From Octopus vulgaris (Eukaryota), in the NCBI GenBank assembly GCA_951406725.2, contig OX597817.1:45012001-45076000 (forward strand): a stretch of DNA of 64,000 nt, written 5' to 3'. The position numbers and the translations under genes were made by a program. The notes beneath the pieces are model-generated. The model saw only the letters and a program-made list of their open reading frames with translations. It had not been told where the DNA came from and did no database searches. Below, one piece after another: positions 57,791 through 64,000 of this stretch; the stretch's first letter is position 1; the number at the start of each line of letters is the position of its first letter.

Positions 57791-58116
57791 ATATTCATTT
57801 ATACTTTACATCAGGTTTATCTATGCTGCCGAAATATCGAGTATAGCGCTCTTCATGTACAACTCATCCGGTCTACGTCGAAAATTATTGCTAAATGCTC
57901 CAGTTTCACAGTAAGCACAAAAATCTCCGGTTATATGGCAGCCCCACAAGTCAACATGAACAATGGTAAGCCATTCCATGCAACTTGATGCTGTTCAATT
58001 TCTATCAACGTATGCCATAAATTCATTTCCTTCCTTGATATACCAACATTTTTTGTGTTTCTTACTTCAGGCAAATTTTCCACGGATATTTTATATTTTA
58101 GTCCTAAAATAAATAA

Positions 58117-58365
58117 ATGCATCCTTTTAAAGCCTAACCAGGCTCATGGGCCCAGTTTCCCGGTTCCTATGGCTGATGTGTTCCCCACCTGGACGGGACG
58201 CCAGTCCATCGCAGCGTTACTCCTTTTTGCCAGCTGAGTGGACTGGAGCAGCGTGAAATGAAGTGTTTTGCTCAAGAACACAACGCGTCGCCCAGTCCAG
58301 GAATCCAAACCACAATCTTACGATCATGATGCTGACACCCTAGCCACTAAGCCACGCGCCACCAC
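58117..58365 (-). mobile_element. SINE family C
   Basis: Reverse-complement homology to 13815-14120, with an approximate TSD (atattttagtcc / atattttactcc). Confidence 0.82.
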
Positions 58366-59837
58366 ATATTTTACTCCCAGTTGACACTAATAATTTATTT
58401 TATGATTAATATATAGCACTCAACTTTAATACCAGAAACATCATCAAGACATTTTGCAGTTGCCCTTACGTTAGCTTTAACTTATATTCATACACTGGTT
58501 ACTATTAAACCATATTTTCTCCAGTCATTAAGCGAAGTATGAAGCTATCTAATTCTACCTGTCTGACTTCTTTTGGGAGGAGGATAGGCATCGATGTCCA
58601 TGTTGGTTGAGATAATCATTCTGTTACCATTAATCAAGTAACATTTCCACAGTCGGAATGGACTGAAATCTCTTGCAGCAGCTCTGATTCAAGTTTTCAT
58701 GGTAAATTTTATTAGTTGCACCAACTAAGCGTAATGTAGATTTGTCTTTGAAACTTGGGGGATAATGGTTATCTGGACCATTTTAACGTGAATAACTGTT
58801 CAACCAATAAGAAATTGTATGTGCTGGTCAGTGAAACAATTATTGTACTCTAAATTAAACTGTCTTGCCCCAGTTCAACCAAAAATAGATGATTTGTGCT
58901 TATCAATTAAATAAATATGACATTGTGAGTTATTTATGAAGATGTAATTCGAATGATCACTGGCTTCGAATAAACGAAACCCAGTGGCAATGGCGCAGAT
59001 CATTAGTTTTTGTAGACAACCAGCCACCGCTTTGTTTATGGGAGTAGTCTAGCGTTATGAATTAATTTTGTTTTCCTGATTGGAATTCTTTTTATGAAAT
59101 AAAATCTATTTATAAGCTTTGTTATCTAAGAAAATATATTTTCTGCTAAATCTACTAATCGATTATATAAGTTGGGTTTTTGCAGTTCATTTTACGGATC
59201 ACAATGGACCTTCAAGCACACCCTTGTTAGAAACCTAGTCCGTGACATTATAATTATAAGCTCATAGTCTATAAAGTTTAGTTTGTTTCTGAAAAAGCGA
59301 AATTCACCTAATAAGGCGTTAAATTTGTTGTTAATTAATTACCTCAAGATATAAACTCTGACTATTTGGTCACAAAATTATTGTCCGAAATATCGTGTTT
59401 TGTGTTTTTCATATTCAAAATAGGGCAGTTCTATCAAAGTGTTTGCTCTGTCACTTAAAACCATTTATGATTTACCTCCAGTAATACATGCAATATTACA
59501 GTAATTTAGTTTATAATACAAACAAGCCTGAATGAGGATGTAAGAAGCCAGTTTTCTAACTACCTGCTTTCAGCTGCAGTCTCTCAGAAGTGGACCATGG
59601 GCAAATGGCTTGTAATAACACCCCAGACCAATGCTTTGTGTGTAAATTTAGTAGACGGAAATTTTGTTGAAGCCTCTATATGCGTACACTAACAAACACT
59701 CATACACACTCACACACATAATTAAATGTAACTGAAAAGAAAGGGGTGTTACGTGATGATCCGTTGTTGTTGAGCATTTGGAAGACTATTGCAGGGCTCC
59801 AAGCAAACATAATGGTGAAATGCGCGTATGAACTACT

Positions 59838-60231
59838 ATATAAACCTCGGGCCGACCAAACTATTGTGAGTGGATTTGGTAGACGGAAACTGGAAGACAC
59901 CTGTCGTATATATACATTGTCCAAATTTACAAAAAAAACAAAAAAGACTAAGACAAGTGTAGGAACAACAAACAGGTGTATTAGTTTAGCGGTCGGGAGA
60001 AACGGAAATATCTTTTACATTTAGAGACTACGTTCTTCGACAGAAATGAATAAGAGGAAAAATGGAGAGAGAAAAACTGTGTAGATTTCAGCGCTCCATA
60101 AATACATACATGTATAAGTATATATATGCATATCTATCTATTTATCTATCTATCTGTCACTTTCTCTCTCTATCTCTCTGTATTCATATATATATATATT
60201 TATATATACATATGTATACACACAAACACAA

Positions 60232-60290
<59 letters not shown>

Positions 60291-60545
60291 CACATATATA
60301 TATATATGTGTGTGTGTGTATGTGTGTGTGTGTGTGTGTGTGTTTTACTTCGAATTTGTCAACTCGGCCCATCTCGTAAAGATCGGCATTGATTCGCTTA
60401 CGTCACCGTAATTTAGCATCTTGGTGTAAGCGACCTATAGAATAAGTACTTAAGTTTAGCAAAATTAGTATAGGAGTCAATTTGTTTGACAAAACTTTCA
60501 ACGCAGTGCCACAAATTGGCTACATTCCAACGACTTAAAAATAAA
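59838..60545 (+). mobile_element. Older SINE family A copy with insertion at ~59917-60100
   Basis: Partial head (CCTCGGGCCGACCAAA...GTAGACGGAAACTG) and a diverged tail at 60340-60545. Confidence 0.65.
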
Positions 60546-60897
60546 AATTATTCTACATTATCAGATAATATACGTTAAAGTCATTATGATACATTAGAAA
60601 TACTTAATATTGTATAATTGAGCGATATATCTTACTTTAGTTAGAATATTTATTTCTGCAATTTTAACTGATTTCAAATGTATTTCTTTAAATTGTATTT
60701 CACTTAGCTGCTTCCTAATGTCAGGTATAATTAACCTTTTCGTAATTATTGTATCGTGTTGTTACCTAATCAATCAAAGTTTTCCCAAAACATCTTTTGT
60801 CTCATATCTAGTCAAGATGTAAGTGAAACACTAACGACCATAGAAATAGTTGCGAATATAAGCAACATTATATAAACATATCTGGAGAGTGGTAATT

Positions 60898-61120
60898 AGT
60901 TTCAAATTTTGGCACAAGACCAGCAGTTTTGGTTATGGTGGTGGTGGTCGTCGGGGGGAAGGCAATTACATCGACCTCAGTGCTCGAGGTCAATTTTATC
61001 GACCTCGGAAGGATGACAGACAAAATCAACTTCGGCGGAATTTGAACTCTGAGCGTGCCACTGTCGAGAGGGTGCTATGTATTTTGCACTTCATGCTGGC
61101 AATTCTGCCAGCTCGCTCCC
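60898..61120 (-). mobile_element. Old SINE family B-related copy (others at ~29853-29995, 35600-35725, 61320-61445)
   Basis: TTTCAAATTTTGGCACAAG...TTTTATCGACC..GGATGA..TTCGGCGGAATTTGAACTC is the reverse complement of the family B core. Confidence 0.6.
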
Positions 61121-61499
61121 TTTTGGAGAGTAATATTTAAGGTATTTTAAATTCAAACAATGATATTTCTCTGATATAAAAAAAATTGATTAACGTAAAT
61201 AGTATCGGAGGGAGTAAGCTGCAAAAGGGGTAAACTGCAGAGGAAGTAATAATTCTTTACACTAATAAGCACTAAGATTGAACTTTTTACGAAAAGGCCC
61301 CGTCGAATATTCAACTGTTAATCATTTTATCGACTGCGAAAGGCAAAGACTCTATCTCTCCGGATTTTCAACTCAGATCTTGAAGCCAAGAGAAATGCCA
61401 CTATATATTTTGTCCGGCGCGCAAACTTCTCTTCCCCCTCGCCATTTTTAGTAATGCTAAATATTGAACTTACACATATTACTCCAACACACACACACA

Positions 61500-61596
<97 letters not shown>

Positions 61597-63438
61597 GTAT
61601 GTATGTTTATATATATTTATATATGTATACATGTATGTACGTATGTATGTGTACGTTACGCTGTAACGCGCTGTCGTCTGACGAAGTGACAATATCACAA
61701 TTAAAATGGCTTGAAGATATATCTTTTATGCACGTGCAGAATTATGGAAGAGTGAAATGTCTGCTAGGGATGTGACTGAATAGAATTGAACGTGAGAATG
61801 GCGTAGACTTTTTTTGAGAATGTAAAATGTAATTGTAAGATTGAAAAAAAAGAAAGAATGACAATAATAAGCAAAATAAATTAAGCAAAATGCAATGAAA
61901 AAGACTGCTATAAAACTAATTCAAATGAAATGGAATTATATGAGTTACACAAACAAATATACGTATAGACACATGATTCAGACGATGAATTATTGTTATA
62001 TACTAATATGCAAAATTGATTGCTACGTGCTTCTTTGGGATTTACGGAAAACCATTGAGGAAGCTTCAATTGATTGACTTACAGCACCTTCAATAGATGG
62101 ACCCTGGTATATTTAGTATGGACGGCAGAAGGTTGCTAGTATTGATACGGGTTGTTTCTTAATCATTTAAGAAGTATGTTTGAGTTCTAATGGTAGTTGG
62201 TTTAAATGCAAATTCCAATATTAATATTGTTAAGTGAAATTTGTTGATATTAAAATTTGAGATTTCAGATCCATGCAATCAATTTCAAGTGCAGGCTTTG
62301 CTTATTAGAAAAAATGCATATATTATTCAAAGACAATAATTCTTTGAATCAAAGAAGTGAATTAATGAACTTATGTAGGCACAAGGCTAAATTTAAAATG
62401 TCGAATATAAATATACCATATGGATAGAGTATATATTTTGTATTTTGATTTTTTGATTTTGATTTTGACTCTTGAGCGCTACAACGGACCTATAGCAAAG
62501 TCTTATTGTTTCTACATATATATTAGGAAAAACCTACAAACTTTGTTTTCATGTTATTGTATTGCATAAGATTACCTTGATTATTTATATTACCTTGATT
62601 ATTTATAAATGACCCAAAATAGGATGTTATATTTTATTTTATAGGTCTTTCGTATATATTTTTATTAATGCACCCATTTTTTAAAAGCAATGTTTTTTTA
62701 TAAAAAAAGCAATGTTGTCAAATTTAGAATGTTTATATAAGTTTGTGTATAGCAAAGCATATGTATTTGTAAGCATGCGTATCTGTGTATGTGTGAGTGA
62801 AAGTATGCTTGTGCTTAAGCACACATATACACGACGGTATGTATATGTATCAATTCAAACTTGTGTATGTATACAGGCCTCTATAGATGCCAAATAACAT
62901 CGCTACAAATTTTTTTCCCCACCCCTCCTCCGTTCCTTTTTCTCTCTTTCCCTTTCTTTCGTTCCCCCTCCTTGCTCAGTATATGAGAATTGCTACATAG
63001 ATGAATTTTAGCTTGCGTGCGAGACGGTTTGCGTGAATATATGTACACATGCTTTTATGTGTATAATTTAGATTCATATTCATACGTCTGTATATGTATG
63101 TATGGCGTTTACGCGCATCCTTTTGTGTATGTTGATATATATATGTGGATTTTAATATAAATATGTATTGCAGTATTCATAACAGGTTTAATTTCTATGC
63201 ATTAATTTGTACTGTCTTCATTAACGGCAACAGGTTTTTTCCTCGGTATTTTCCTCGGATTTTATAATTTTTATAAGTTTTTATATATATATACATATAT
63301 TTTTGACCTTTTTGTTTATCGCTCGAAGATTGACCGTTTTTTCTAAAGGGCCAATCAAACAAGTCCATTTCTTTTTAAAGGTGTAGCGTTTGTAAGAGTA
63401 TAGATTGAATTAATATATATGTTCCATTCTAGCAAAAA

Positions 63439-63476
63439 CTGTCTGATGAACGGCAACGAGAAACTCAGAGTAACAG
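63439..63476 (+). ncRNA. Minimal type I hammerhead near the end of a PLE-like 3' terminus (~63220-63580) abutting (TA)n
   Basis: CTGT-CTGATGA-ACG-GCAA-CGA-GAAACTCAGAGTA-ACAG. Stem I is CTGT/ACAG, stem II is a short GCAA tetraloop with an A.A closing mismatch, and the triplet is GUA. Confidence 0.75.
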
Positions 63477-63578
63477 ATTTTGTTGATTTTTCTGCTGCTT
63501 AAAATAAAGCATATTACTCTACCACTGGTATTTGAGTACTCTTTTTTCCACCTTGTTTCACATTTATGTGTTTACTCC

Positions 63579-63664
<86 letters not shown>

Positions 63665-64000
63665 TGTGTGTGTGTGTGTGTGTTTATTTATTATGCTTGT
63701 ATATATGTGTGTATTAGGATCACCGAAAACTAATTCCGCATTTTGTATAATGACTTAATGTCAGCATAAATATATTTATTCTTCCCAAAAATAATCGGCG
63801 TCTTTAGCAATAGCATTTTTCAACAACGAAACCAGTTTTCAGATTCCTCGATAAACAAACAAACAACCAGCAAGTAAAAGAAAAAAAACTGTTTCTTTCG
63901 AAGAAGAATTTATTTTGGGAAGTTGTTACGTTATTTTTCATGCTTTTGAATGTTTTTCCACTCACAAAGTGAACAAGTGACCTGAATAAGCGAGTATCTG

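Overview
AT-rich, microsatellite-saturated eukaryotic DNA, most likely an octopus (inferred from the tRNA-derived SINE families and the (TA)n/(CA)n/(TATC)n density). I find no intact host protein-coding gene, and almost all ORF-track entries are microsatellite artefacts. The only long, complex ORF (6751-7989) is the RT-thumb/linker/GIY-YIG end of a young, 5'-truncated Penelope-like retroelement (PLE, Naiad-like). It is bracketed by ~403-bp inverted repeats that each carry a type I hammerhead ribozyme (HHR). The most striking pattern is a set of HHR-bearing elements: 6 recognisable and about 4 degenerate or half ribozymes. Five separate insertions, including a 482-bp retrozyme-like unit with an essentially perfect HHR, sit in the central (TA)n tract of one SINE family. 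The rest is SINEs of three families, decayed RTE LINEs, other PLE relics, a mariner remnant, a non-autonomous Helitron and several palindromes. All calls come from reading and hand-folding the sequence; no searches were run.
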